Part shown: piece by piece, positions 19,418 to 28,989 of the stretch
How the letters are laid out: each line of letters starts with the position of its first letter
Position numbering within the stretch: the stretch's first letter is position 1
NCBI GenBank assembly: GCA_963666285.1
Contig: OY762711.1
Reading direction: 5' to 3' (one strand)
From: Sedimentisphaerales bacterium
GTDB taxonomy: Bacteria > Planctomycetota > Phycisphaerae > Sedimentisphaerales > SM23-30
DNA length: 64,000 nucleotides
Notes under the pieces: generated by a model
The model's input: the letters and a program-made list of their open reading frames with translations, nothing else
What the model was told of the DNA's origin: nothing
The model's database searches: none
Translations under genes and position numbers: made by a program

Positions 19418-21877
19418 TCACATTTCTCCATCTTTAACTGAAGAGATCACATATGATCCGGGTTGAAACTCTAATACTACTGAAGCTGCCATTTTTGTTT
19501 TTAATGATATCTTACTATTATTCCCAACGAATTTTCCTTTTTTCCAGATCAACTCTCCATTGACATAGATTACAGAACCACCAGCTTGCTCAATTGGAAC
19601 ATGTATTTCTGAACTGGTATTGGCTGGAATAACTGTTGTAATCTTTAGACCTGAATCAATATTTGATTTGATGATCTTCTCGATTTTTACAGTTATATCT
19701 CCTGCCGCTGTCGGTATTACACCTTCTGCCCATTTCAAGTCACATAAATCTGGCTTGATACTGAATTTTTCCCAGCCGGGCAATAGCGGCTCAACACCAA
19801 GTACTTTTTCCGGCAGCAAAGCAGTCGGACCGGCACACCAGGAATGGGAGGTACTGCCCCACTCAGAATTCCAACCCTCAAACCATGCACCGTTAAAGTC
19901 ATTGTGTCTGGTTTGCTCGCCCCAATAAGTCCGGATATAGTCCAGGACCCACTGACCCTGACCTTCGGTAAACATGCTGTTTAGCAGCCAGTACGAAAAC
20001 GACTGTTCACATGAGCGGCCTTTGCTTTTTACAAAATCAATTACTCCGACTTTTCTATCTCCGGGTACTAATCCGTATTTCAGGGCATATACCTGGGTCT
20101 GCTGAGTTAGCCGTGGACTCTCATAGCCATCTTTATATACTCCATCAACTCCGGAAAACAATTGTTTATTTACTGCTCTTCTTATGATTTCACCCTTCTG
20201 CTGCCACTTGTCAGCTTGAGCTTCATCACCCATTACATTTCTCGCCAACCATGACGCCGAGTTGAGAGCTCCATAATAAAGACAGTTCATTGCCGTATTT
20301 TCACCACCTACATCCATGGGAAAAGTATCTGGATGATCCAGAACTACCCAGCCGGGAACTCCTCCCAGCAAATCATGCTCTTGATTAATGCATGTTTCAA
20401 AATATGACATCAGTTTCTTAATATTGGGATAGGTATTTCGAACCAGGCTATCATCTGCATAATACAGATAATATTCGTGAATCATCATTATCCACTCCAG
20501 CTGATAGTCTGGTATATATGTTGAGGTTGCAGGGCCTAGCAGCCAATCGGTCGGGTAACGCGAGCGAATCGAACCATCTTCTTTCCAACGCTGAGAAAAG
20601 GCTCCGCTTAAAATATTATACTTGAACAAATACTCAACCTCTGGACCAAAGGCATAATTCCCATAACGCATATCATATCGACTGTCACCGGCGATATACT
20701 GGGTTTGCTCACGCCAAGGTGTATCCACCAATGTGTCGTGTGAGCATATCTGTAAAGTCCAACACCCGATTTCCCAGTATCGGTTTAGATCACTATCCGA
20801 ACATGAAAAGGAACCTTTATATTCTACCGGATACGAGCGAAACTCTGCATCAACACTTTCGATTCTAACCTGTTCTTTTTTCTCAATTGCCAGGTACCTG
20901 AAACTGCGCCATGTTATCGGCTTCCAGGTCTGTTTCCCTTTGGCCGTTATATATGTATCTGTATAATTCAGCTCCATGGTCATCTTTGGCATCTTTTCTG
21001 AATCTAATCTCTCAGCTGTGCCAATATCAAATTGAACTCCTTCAGCTTGAGAATCAACTAAAAATTCAGGGCTGGCAGAATACACTTTGCCAAAGTCATA
21101 AATTTGATACCCTTTACTTTCCCATGAAGCTATAGGCTTAATTATTTCTCTTCTGAGATATGGTCTCTTGACAACTACAATACCATTCCACGGGGCAACT
21201 GGTGGAATACCGGTTTCTGTGGCCGCTTCCCATTTTGAATCATCAAAACCTGTCGCTTGCCAACCCGTCAGGGCCTTGGTCGCATCATATTTTTCTCTGA
21301 AACCGATAAGATGATTTACATGCCTTTGCTCCGTTCTGCGATCCCAGGCCTCAGCACAACATACCCGCCAGCTTTTATCACTATTCAATTTAATAATATT
21401 GCCTTTGGTATCTTTTACCTGCCCCTGATAAAAAAAGCCGCCCCGTGCATTTATCCTGTGATGCATTCCAACACCATAATTATACACTAATGCCGCAATA
21501 CTGTTTTCACCCTCTGCAAAATAATCCGTCAGATCAAATTTGTCATATACTTGGTATTCAGGATCTGATTTTACCGGCACACGTTCAACATGCTTCCCGT
21601 TAATATATAACTCCGCAAAGCTGCTGGCTGAGATATATGCCCAGGCTTCAGCTGCCGGGCTATCAAGGGTAAAATCCTTTCGAACATAAAGATAATAATT
21701 TTGAGGATTTCTCTCGCCGGAATCCCATATCCAGTTTGCTTCTGGAACAGTCCCTTCAAACTGAGTAGAAACAGGAGAGATATAACCACTACCAATATCA
21801 TTCTTTTCAGCTGAACACTCTGCCAATACAGAAAATAATACTACAATAAATATATTTAATAATTGGATCCGCTTCAA
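19418..21877 (-). CDS. Secreted GH78 alpha-L-rhamnosidase family protein
   Basis: Signal peptide; ANWIW, YINGK, YDFGK, SFRYL, GSFSCSD..LN..W, DTPWREQTQY.AGD, STSHSWCAGP..LL...LGV.P, WAEG.IPT..G.I. TTG start with AGGAG. Confidence 0.88.
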   Translation of the reverse strand: MKRIQLLNIFIVVLFSVLAECSAEKNDIGSGYISPVSTQFEGTVPEANWIWDSGERNPQNYYLYVRKDFTLDSPAAEAWAYISASSFAELYINGKHVERVPVKSDPEYQVYDKFDLTDYFAEGENSIAALVYNYGVGMHHRINARGGFFYQGQVKDTKGNIIKLNSDKSWRVCCAEAWDRRTEQRHVNHLIGFREKYDATKALTGWQATGFDDSKWEAATETGIPPVAPWNGIVVVKRPYLRREIIKPIASWESKGYQIYDFGKVYSASPEFLVDSQAEGVQFDIGTAERLDSEKMPKMTMELNYTDTYITAKGKQTWKPITWRSFRYLAIEKKEQVRIESVDAEFRSYPVEYKGSFSCSDSDLNRYWEIGCWTLQICSHDTLVDTPWREQTQYIAGDSRYDMRYGNYAFGPEVEYLFKYNILSGAFSQRWKEDGSIRSRYPTDWLLGPATSTYIPDYQLEWIMMIHEYYLYYADDSLVRNTYPNIKKLMSYFETCINQEHDLLGGVPGWVVLDHPDTFPMDVGGENTAMNCLYYGALNSASWLARNVMGDEAQADKWQQKGEIIRRAVNKQLFSGVDGVYKDGYESPRLTQQTQVYALKYGLVPGDRKVGVIDFVKSKGRSCEQSFSYWLLNSMFTEGQGQWVLDYIRTYWGEQTRHNDFNGAWFEGWNSEWGSTSHSWCAGPTALLPEKVLGVEPLLPGWEKFSIKPDLCDLKWAEGVIPTAAGDITVKIEKIIKSNIDSGLKITTVIPANTSSEIHVPIEQAGGSVIYVNGELIWKKGKFVGNNSKISLKTKMAASVVLEFQPGSYVISSVKDGEM

Positions 21878-22033
21878 AACAATACTCCTTTTTACATATT
21901 TGAATCGTATTTATTAATGAACGTTTCATAAACAAAATAAGTCACAAGCATCTATAATAAAATATATAAATGCCTGCCAAAACTTCTTCATAAATGAATA
22001 TACTGTTACTGATTAATAAAATATAGAACAGAA

Positions 22034-22062
22034 ATGATAAGCGAAAAAAAGACCTGAGTCAA
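22034..22062 (-). promoter_or_regulatory. Putative sigma-70 promoter of the GH78 gene
   Basis: Minus strand TTGACT-17 bp-TATCAT. Confidence 0.6.
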
Positions 22063-22165
22063 GTGCAACCTGATTTACCCATAAAAACTAAAAGCTAAAA
22101 CTGGAACTTACTGCATATACGGAATTGTATTTCTTTAGTTCTTAAATTTAACGCCCGGAATTCAA

Positions 22166-23683
22166 TCATACAGTCCACTGCTGTTTAAGATATGCCATCT
22201 TATCGAATGCCGGTTTTGCAACCATATCAGCGGTTGCCAGCCCGCCGGCCAGCATAATACCGTCTTTTCGATCTGCCAGATCCTGCCAGCTAACGGTATC
22301 TACAAACGGCTTACTGAAAGCTATCTTATAGAAATTCTCCAGCCATTGAGCCTGTATATCAACATTCCAGTTTTCACGCCAGAAACCACTGTTACCCATG
22401 GCTTCCGAGTTATCCCTCGGATCCGGCATACTCGGCACCTGAACTCCGGTTATATGCAATGGTTTTCCATATACACCCAGTTTATCCAGCATGGTGGATA
22501 TCTCAAGAAAATCTCTGCACTGCATACCGCCGCCGCCTCTGCCAAAAGACATACGAACTGATATTCCGTCAAATGCCATACTGCCTTGACAGATCATATC
22601 CATGTATACATGCGGAGGGATAGTTCTCGGGTTCCGGCTATAATAATCTCCCCACGGCTCTGTAACTTCTACCAGCACAAGTCCGCGAGTCGATGCTTTC
22701 TTAGCTGCCATAGATACTGTCCTGGTCATATCCAGCAGCTGTTCAAAACTGAAATTGAATGAATTTACCGCATTCAAACCGCTGCATACTTCCCAGGCCT
22801 GGACCTTACCGGCATAACGTTCTACGACTGAACCAACAAAGTCATAGGCCATATCACGGACCTGTTCAAAATCACTCTCCCAGATATACAGCCAGTCTGG
22901 TATCGCTGTCGGAGAAAATCGCACTAGAGGCCCGATTTTTATCACAATTTTATTATCGCTTAGCCATTTCACCCAGCGATCTAGCTCGTCAAAATTACGC
23001 TCCTGCTCTTTGGGCTCTATCTGACGCCAGGTTACAGGAATAGTTGCAAAATGAAAGTTATCCTTGATATATTCCAGGTATTTCTTATTGCTTATCTGGC
23101 TCATATCAATGCAGCAGCCAAAACAATGCTTACCAAAACGCTGAGTCTCAAAACGTTTCTCAAGGAACAAATCCGCATGACTCAATGCCATGGACTCGCC
23201 TACCTGAACCGCATAACTCAATGCAGAATCAGCAAGCTCGGAAGCTCGCTCCGGCTGTTCTAAATAACATAATGAATCTATAAAATTATCCAGCGCGTGG
23301 TCTAATAGATTATGCTGATCTTCTGTCAAACCAAGATTGCACATCTGCCATTCTTCACGCTTCTGGTTCAATCTCAGTAATTTACCACGTGCCAGCTCAA
23401 CACTCAGATTATATGGCTTATTCCGCTCTGGCAGACGGGTAGTCTGCATCATCAACTTACCGGAATTCTTTACATCCCACAGAGTACTCATTCCAACTGT
23501 TATTTCTGTATTATGCCTCAGACCTACCAGCTCTCCAGGCTGAAATTTTATCTGAGCGCGAATTGGAACCTCATCCTGAGCAAACAGGAGGGTTGAATGC
23601 ATATCTATCTCAGACGCCGGCTTACCTTTTTGAAAAATATTATATATCATACTCTCTCGGTGGGATATTTTTCTTTGACCCAT
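22166..23683 (-). CDS. GH10-like TIM-barrel protein, cytoplasmic, probably non-catalytic
   Basis: F.FGC, NF.FATIP..W..IEP..G...F...D..V.W, PDWL, VVERYAGKVQAWEVCSG, LGVYGKPLHITG, GGL...DM..KPA. No signal peptide. Confidence 0.75.
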   Translation of the reverse strand: MGQRKISHRESMIYNIFQKGKPASEIDMHSTLLFAQDEVPIRAQIKFQPGELVGLRHNTEITVGMSTLWDVKNSGKLMMQTTRLPERNKPYNLSVELARGKLLRLNQKREEWQMCNLGLTEDQHNLLDHALDNFIDSLCYLEQPERASELADSALSYAVQVGESMALSHADLFLEKRFETQRFGKHCFGCCIDMSQISNKKYLEYIKDNFHFATIPVTWRQIEPKEQERNFDELDRWVKWLSDNKIVIKIGPLVRFSPTAIPDWLYIWESDFEQVRDMAYDFVGSVVERYAGKVQAWEVCSGLNAVNSFNFSFEQLLDMTRTVSMAAKKASTRGLVLVEVTEPWGDYYSRNPRTIPPHVYMDMICQGSMAFDGISVRMSFGRGGGGMQCRDFLEISTMLDKLGVYGKPLHITGVQVPSMPDPRDNSEAMGNSGFWRENWNVDIQAQWLENFYKIAFSKPFVDTVSWQDLADRKDGIMLAGGLATADMVAKPAFDKMAYLKQQWTV

Positions 23684-23727
23684 ATCTCATTGCAGGTCAT
23701 ATATATACATCTTTTTTGCAGGGAAAG

Positions 23728-23756
23728 ATTATAGCAGAAAAGCTGCGGCTGATAAA
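23728..23756 (-). promoter_or_regulatory. Putative extended -10 promoter of the GH10-like gene
   Basis: Minus strand TTTATC-17 bp-TATAAT preceded by TGc. Confidence 0.45.
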
Positions 23757-23829
23757 GATTAATCCCTATAAAAGCGCCGGCTTGGCAGGATTATGCCATA
23801 AAACTTTTGTAATTAAGATGTTAAAACAC

Positions 23830-24909
23830 CTATTTCTTTACTGGATTAACATTTACGACCACTTCTTCCAGCAATTTACCGGCATTTTCATTGTCGTCAT
23901 GTGCAAGAGATAATCCACTTACTGCCGATACAAGGCTCGTCGTGTCAGCATCTGCTGGAATCACTCGACCACGACCTGAGAAATCCCTGTCTGAATATTC
24001 ACTTTCGGGCCTGCCATCTACCAAAACTATCCGGCGACCGGAAGCCCAGGCATATTCAGCTGCCCATAACTCATCTGACAGCACCACTTCACTTGATGCC
24101 AGGGTTTTAACCAGATGACCGGGCACATTTACATAATTGCCATTAATTGAAAAATGACATTCCCGGTCTTTATCATCTGCTACTGCCAGCATAATTGGGG
24201 TAAAACCATTACTGGACAGCCGTTCAGATACCTCAACTGCCTTTGCACTTAAGGCTCCGGCATTATCCAAACCGGTTACAATTGCTATCTGACCGGGATT
24301 TCCTCGCCTTATTCCGGTATTTTCGATTACCGGCAATTGTCGCAGGTACTCCGCCTGGCAGATATCAAACATCTCACGGATTTTCTGCTGTCGATTCGTA
24401 TACCGACCACTCTGGTCTTTCTTTTTCAGCTTTGGAAACAGCATTTGCTGCCAGATGGCTTCCGCTGCACTATCTATCGGGCTGCTGGTACCATCTTTCA
24501 ATTCAAATCCATAACTTCTGCCGGCCTTTATTGCTCCCATTAGGGCTGCTCCTGTGCGGTCAAGCCCAAAATTATATGCCTGGTCAAACTTTTCATTATT
24601 CAGACGCATAATACTGCATTCTGATAATGTCATTACCTCATCAACATAATTTGGCAGCAACTCAGGCCAGTGAGTTACACAAGTGATCCTGCTGTTAGGA
24701 TCGTTCCCCTTCATGTGGTTTAAAACCACACTGCTCCGGATAACATCGGTTCGAGAAGATAGCAGGATAAACAGCATCTTATTGCTATAGGGTGTATATG
24801 CGGCACAACGGCAAACAGCTCCGTCTCGTTTATGAAATTCACATGGGCCGTCCCCGCGATAATTCACGCATTCTTTGGCTACTATTTCTGTAAATTCATT
24901 TCTCTGCAT
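23830..24909 (-). CDS. GT9 (heptosyltransferase)-like glycosyltransferase homolog, divergent
   Basis: N-terminal Cys cluster, then ILLSSRTDVIRSS.VL..MK..DP.SRITCVT, NYVDEV, EKFDQAYNF, matching the GT9 N-lobe pattern; the C-lobe is degenerate. Confidence 0.65.
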   Translation of the reverse strand: MQRNEFTEIVAKECVNYRGDGPCEFHKRDGAVCRCAAYTPYSNKMLFILLSSRTDVIRSSVVLNHMKGNDPNSRITCVTHWPELLPNYVDEVMTLSECSIMRLNNEKFDQAYNFGLDRTGAALMGAIKAGRSYGFELKDGTSSPIDSAAEAIWQQMLFPKLKKKDQSGRYTNRQQKIREMFDICQAEYLRQLPVIENTGIRRGNPGQIAIVTGLDNAGALSAKAVEVSERLSSNGFTPIMLAVADDKDRECHFSINGNYVNVPGHLVKTLASSEVVLSDELWAAEYAWASGRRIVLVDGRPESEYSDRDFSGRGRVIPADADTTSLVSAVSGLSLAHDDNENAGKLLEEVVVNVNPVKK

Positions 24910-25182
24910 AACTTACGCCTTTAACAACTACTTAATTGCGGCTAGATATTTTTACAATCAGAGTATTTTCTGTTATCTAACAACTCTTCTCAAAAAGTTT
25001 CTCTGCGGATTCCACTCCGCAAAAATATCTTCGACCGAAAAACTGGCCCAGTTTATTAGAAAAATCTGGAAAAATCGGAAATCTGTTAATAAATAGCATT
25101 ATCGTTATAATTTAACACCAAAAGCGTAATATTTGCCCCTAACACGCTTACATCAAGCTAAAACGATGTATATGGTGATATG

Positions 25183-25217
25183 AAAAATGCCATTTAGTAG
25201 ATTACTAAACGGCATTT
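25183..25217 (-). terminator. Probable terminator hairpin downstream of the beta-CASP gene
   Basis: 15-bp near-perfect inverted repeat AAATGCCATTTAGTA-GAT-TACTAAACGGCATTT with a T-run on the minus strand. Confidence 0.6.
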
Positions 25218-25327
25218 AATCGATTTCTCAGACATATTCAACCGGCAGGTTAAATTAATCCCCTACGCCTCTAAATATGATGGCATTGGATAATAATATC
25301 CTTTTTCATTATTCACCCGAAGTTAAG

Positions 25328-26734
25328 TTATGACAATTCTCTTATTTCTTCGTATTCAGGCACTGAAACATCCCAGCCCAGCTCATTTGTTATATAATCA
25401 GCAAAGCTGTGAGCTACATTCTCTTCGCCATGAACTACAAATAAATGGCGTGGTGCTTGCTTCAGATTTTTCAACCATCTGGTCAGCTCATCTCTGCCTG
25501 CATGGGCACTAAAACCGTTTATCTTTGCAACCTGGGCCTCAACCGGGTAATTCTCACCCAGAATTCGCACTTCTTTCTCGCCTTCAAGAATTATTCTTCC
25601 CAGGGTACCCACCGCCTGATAACCAACAAACAAAATAGTATTCTCTGGCTGGCTTATATTATGTGCCAGGTGATGTTTGATACGGCCGCCCGTACACATA
25701 CCCGAACCGGCAATTATTATTGTCGTACCCCGAACCTCGTTGATTGCCTTAGACTGGTTGGCTGTGCGAACCAATGACAAGCCGTCAAGATCAAATGGCG
25801 ATGTTCCATCTTGCAGATGACCCACCATTTCTTCATCAAACAGGTAAGGGTGCTTCTTAAATACATCTGTTACCTTCACCGCCATCGGACTGTCAAGGTA
25901 TATCATCATCTGCGGCAAGCAACCCTCATCAATCAGCTCATTCAGGTAATATAGTAGCTCCTGGGATCGCTCAATAGCGAAGCTCGGTATTATTATATTA
26001 CCGCCCCTTTTGCGAGTATCATTAATTACATCACATAGCTGCTTCTTAACATCAACCACAGGCGAATGATCCCTATCACCATAGGTTGACTCACACAATA
26101 CATAATCCGCCTGATCGATCGGTTCGGGATTCTGCAATATCGGAACATCCCATCGACCTAAATCTCCGGAAAACAATACCGTCCTGGATTCACTGCCCTG
26201 CGTTATTTTTACCCTTATTGCTGATGAACCCAGAATATGACCTGAATCAAAAAAAGTTATATCGAGACCTTCTCCTATATTTAATGGCTTATGATAATCT
26301 GCCCTGTACAACATCTCAGCACAGCCCTCGGCATCCTCTATCTCATACAGCGGTACCAGCGGATGCGGACTCTTGCGATTCTGTCTGGCATGACGTTTCT
26401 TCTTAAACTTGATATCTTCTTCCTGGATACGTGCCGAATCCAGCATTACTATACTTGCAATATCTGCCGTTGCAGAGGTGCAGTAAACCGGACCACGAAA
26501 ACCTTCCTTATACAGCTTCGGAAGTAATCCGCAATGATCTAGATGGGCATGGGTCAACAGCACCGCATCGATCTCACTTGCCGCTATCGGCAGCGGATCC
26601 CAGTTACGATGCTTAAACTGACGCTCCTGGTATAAACCACAGTCTATAAGAAGATTCTTTCCATTTGCCTTTAATAAATAACGCGAACCGGTAACATTCT
26701 GCGCCGCGCCCAGAAACTGTAGCTTTATATCCAT
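25328..26734 (-). CDS. Metallo-beta-lactamase/beta-CASP family ribonuclease (RNA-metabolising MBL hydrolase)
   Basis: FLGAAQNVTGS, LIDCG, LTHAHLDHCG, SGHILGS, FSGDLG, ESTYG, AGSGMCTGGRIKHHL, FSAHA, VHGE. Confidence 0.93.
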   Translation of the reverse strand: MDIKLQFLGAAQNVTGSRYLLKANGKNLLIDCGLYQERQFKHRNWDPLPIAASEIDAVLLTHAHLDHCGLLPKLYKEGFRGPVYCTSATADIASIVMLDSARIQEEDIKFKKKRHARQNRKSPHPLVPLYEIEDAEGCAEMLYRADYHKPLNIGEGLDITFFDSGHILGSSAIRVKITQGSESRTVLFSGDLGRWDVPILQNPEPIDQADYVLCESTYGDRDHSPVVDVKKQLCDVINDTRKRGGNIIIPSFAIERSQELLYYLNELIDEGCLPQMMIYLDSPMAVKVTDVFKKHPYLFDEEMVGHLQDGTSPFDLDGLSLVRTANQSKAINEVRGTTIIIAGSGMCTGGRIKHHLAHNISQPENTILFVGYQAVGTLGRIILEGEKEVRILGENYPVEAQVAKINGFSAHAGRDELTRWLKNLKQAPRHLFVVHGEENVAHSFADYITNELGWDVSVPEYEEIRELS

Positions 26735-27255
26735 TTAATTTCTCCAATTTTTCTAAATAATTCAATGATCGTCATGGTAACATCTTAAATTTGCTTTTGA
26801 AGCTATAATAAAAAACTATAGCGGCCACCTTAATCATTAAAATACAGTGGTTTACGTATTGCCAAATAAACATTCATAAGTACAATTTTAGCTTTAATCG
26901 ACATTGAAAACAAGTCAAAACACGCTCATTTAGATAACTATACCTTCTTTATTTCTCTATACAAATAACTATCCTCTAATTCGGCAAAATCAAAATTATA
27001 AAATATTTTCATTAATTACTTGTAATATCATCCTGCCTGACTCTATCATATTGCGCCTGCCGGATAGATTTGGATAGTTACAGGCACATGCACAATACAT
27101 TTGCCGAAATAAGATACATCAAAAAAGTGTTATTTTGATATATATAAGTTTACTTTCGCTGTTTTTAAGTTGCAATAACGAAGTGCCTCTGGTAAATCGC
27201 CTAAAAGGGCCTTCCTGCAACACATTAAATTTAATAGCTTTGCATAGGCATCCGT

Positions 27256-27783
27256 ATGAAATATGAAATTAGTGATATTGAATCTAAACTGGAAATAAGG
27301 GAAGCTGCTATTGACGATCTTGCCGCTATCTTCCATCTGGGTGAAAAGATATTTACTTCCCAGGAAGCGGCTAACCTTTACAGAACCTGGGATGAGTATG
27401 CTGTTACCAGCCTGTTCAACTCTGAACCGGAGTTCATGCTGATCGCTGAGGTCAATAATAAGGTAATTGGTTTTGCTCTTGGCACTCTAATCGAAAAAAA
27501 CCGTTCCGCGTGGACCTACGGACACCTTCTTTGGCTCGCTGTTGAGCCTGAGTTTTCCAGGATGGGGGTCGCTAGCGAACTTTTCAGTAAATTTCGCAAA
27601 ACAATTACAAACGCCGGTGCCAGGATGCTCATGGTTGACACCCAGGCTGACAACAAAAAAGCTATTTCATTTTTCCAGAATAAAGGGTTTGTTAATCCCA
27701 TTGACCATATATATATGACTTTAAACCTCGAAGGCAAGAGCGGCACAAAAAATGGCAAAAACATCAACCGGCATAAAAAGTGA
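27256..27783 (+). CDS. GNAT family N-acetyltransferase
   Basis: IREA.IDDL, VIGFALG, WLAVEPEFSRMGVASELF, N.KAISFF...GF. Confidence 0.88.
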   Translation: MKYEISDIESKLEIREAAIDDLAAIFHLGEKIFTSQEAANLYRTWDEYAVTSLFNSEPEFMLIAEVNNKVIGFALGTLIEKNRSAWTYGHLLWLAVEPEFSRMGVASELFSKFRKTITNAGARMLMVDTQADNKKAISFFQNKGFVNPIDHIYMTLNLEGKSGTKNGKNINRHKK

Positions 27784-28858
27784 ACGTCTCAGAAAACTAT
27801 TCAGAGATATGGTAAACATTTACAGCCCTTCTGGTAAGGAATACGAGATTACCGAATATCTCGCAACCTACCTGCATGAGAAAAAGCTGCCTGTTACACT
27901 TAGAGAAGTAGATGAAGGCAGGCGGAACGTTGAGGTTGTATTTAAGGAATCAAAACTTGAAGTCGCTTTTATCGGTCATATCGATACTGTCCCGGCTTTT
28001 GACATCGAGAACTACGAATATAAAGACCGCGATGGAGAAATTTCCGGCCTCGGAACTGCCGATATGAAAAGTGGTTGCGCCGCTATGATTGAGGCTTTTG
28101 TCAGCAAATACGAATCCGGCACCATACCTCAAAATTGCGGTCTGTTCCTGGTCGTTGGCGAAGAAGAAAGCGGTGATGGAACCGCTGCCCTTATCAAATC
28201 CAGGAGTTTCCCTTGGGCGATTGTTGCCGAACCGACAAATCTGGTTTCATGCCTGGGACATTATGGCTATCTCGAAATGCTGGTTAGTATCTATGGTACC
28301 AGAAGACATGCATCTATGGCCGGACGCGAGTATAATGCTATTTTCAGCATGCTCAATATGCTTATGAAATTATGCGAAACTATACAGAACAAATACCCGT
28401 TAGCTGTTCTTAATATACGTGACATACATAGCTCAGAGTCTGGCTTTGCCGTTCCCGGCAGTTGTGAGGCCTGTATCGACCTTCACATCCCTCCGGAATA
28501 TGAATCTCCGAAAGCCTTTGCCAGAAAACTCAAAAAGTTAGTTTCTGACAACCTCTCCGGTGACTCTATCACAGGCTGTGAAATCGAGTTTCCTATTGTT
28601 GCTGATGGATATAACCTGGAAGATACAGGATACATACCGGAAATACTCAAAAACACCTATAAACAGCATAACATGGAATGGTCGCCTGGTTACTTCAACA
28701 GCCACTCTGATGCCAATCTACTTATTGAGATCGGATGCAAGCCTATAATTTTAGGACCGGGCCAGCTGGAAAAAGCACATACACGTGATGAATCCGTCCA
28801 AATCGATCAGGTAATTAAAGCTGCTGAAATTTACCGCACTATCCTCGACAATCTATAA
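27752..28858 (+). CDS. M20 family metallopeptidase/deacylase (ArgE/DapE-like)
   Basis: SPSGKE, GHIDTVP, GLGTADMKSG, VGEEESGDG, AEPT, HAS, SDA, GPG..EKAHT.DE. Overlaps the GNAT gene by 32 nt. Confidence 0.9.
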   Translation: MAKTSTGIKSERLRKLFRDMVNIYSPSGKEYEITEYLATYLHEKKLPVTLREVDEGRRNVEVVFKESKLEVAFIGHIDTVPAFDIENYEYKDRDGEISGLGTADMKSGCAAMIEAFVSKYESGTIPQNCGLFLVVGEEESGDGTAALIKSRSFPWAIVAEPTNLVSCLGHYGYLEMLVSIYGTRRHASMAGREYNAIFSMLNMLMKLCETIQNKYPLAVLNIRDIHSSESGFAVPGSCEACIDLHIPPEYESPKAFARKLKKLVSDNLSGDSITGCEIEFPIVADGYNLEDTGYIPEILKNTYKQHNMEWSPGYFNSHSDANLLIEIGCKPIILGPGQLEKAHTRDESVQIDQVIKAAEIYRTILDNL

Positions 28859-28928
28859 ATCAATTGATATCTATTTCTTGGTTTCAATCGTTTTCGACTT
28901 GTTACTTTATATATCTGCTATTGATCAC

Positions 28929-28973
28929 AAAAATAAAAAAGGCATGAGGATCATTTCCCCATGCCTTTTATTT
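28929..28973. terminator. Bidirectional intrinsic terminator
   Basis: A-run-AGGCATGAGGA-loop-TCCCCATGCCT-T-run between the convergent genes. Confidence 0.8.
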
Positions 28974-28989
28974 CTACTGATCAACTGCT

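Noticed and set aside
21915..21930. LacI-like operator TAATGAACGTTTCATA upstream of GH78
   Set aside because: Only one half-site matches and no LacI gene is present in the window; too weak to call.
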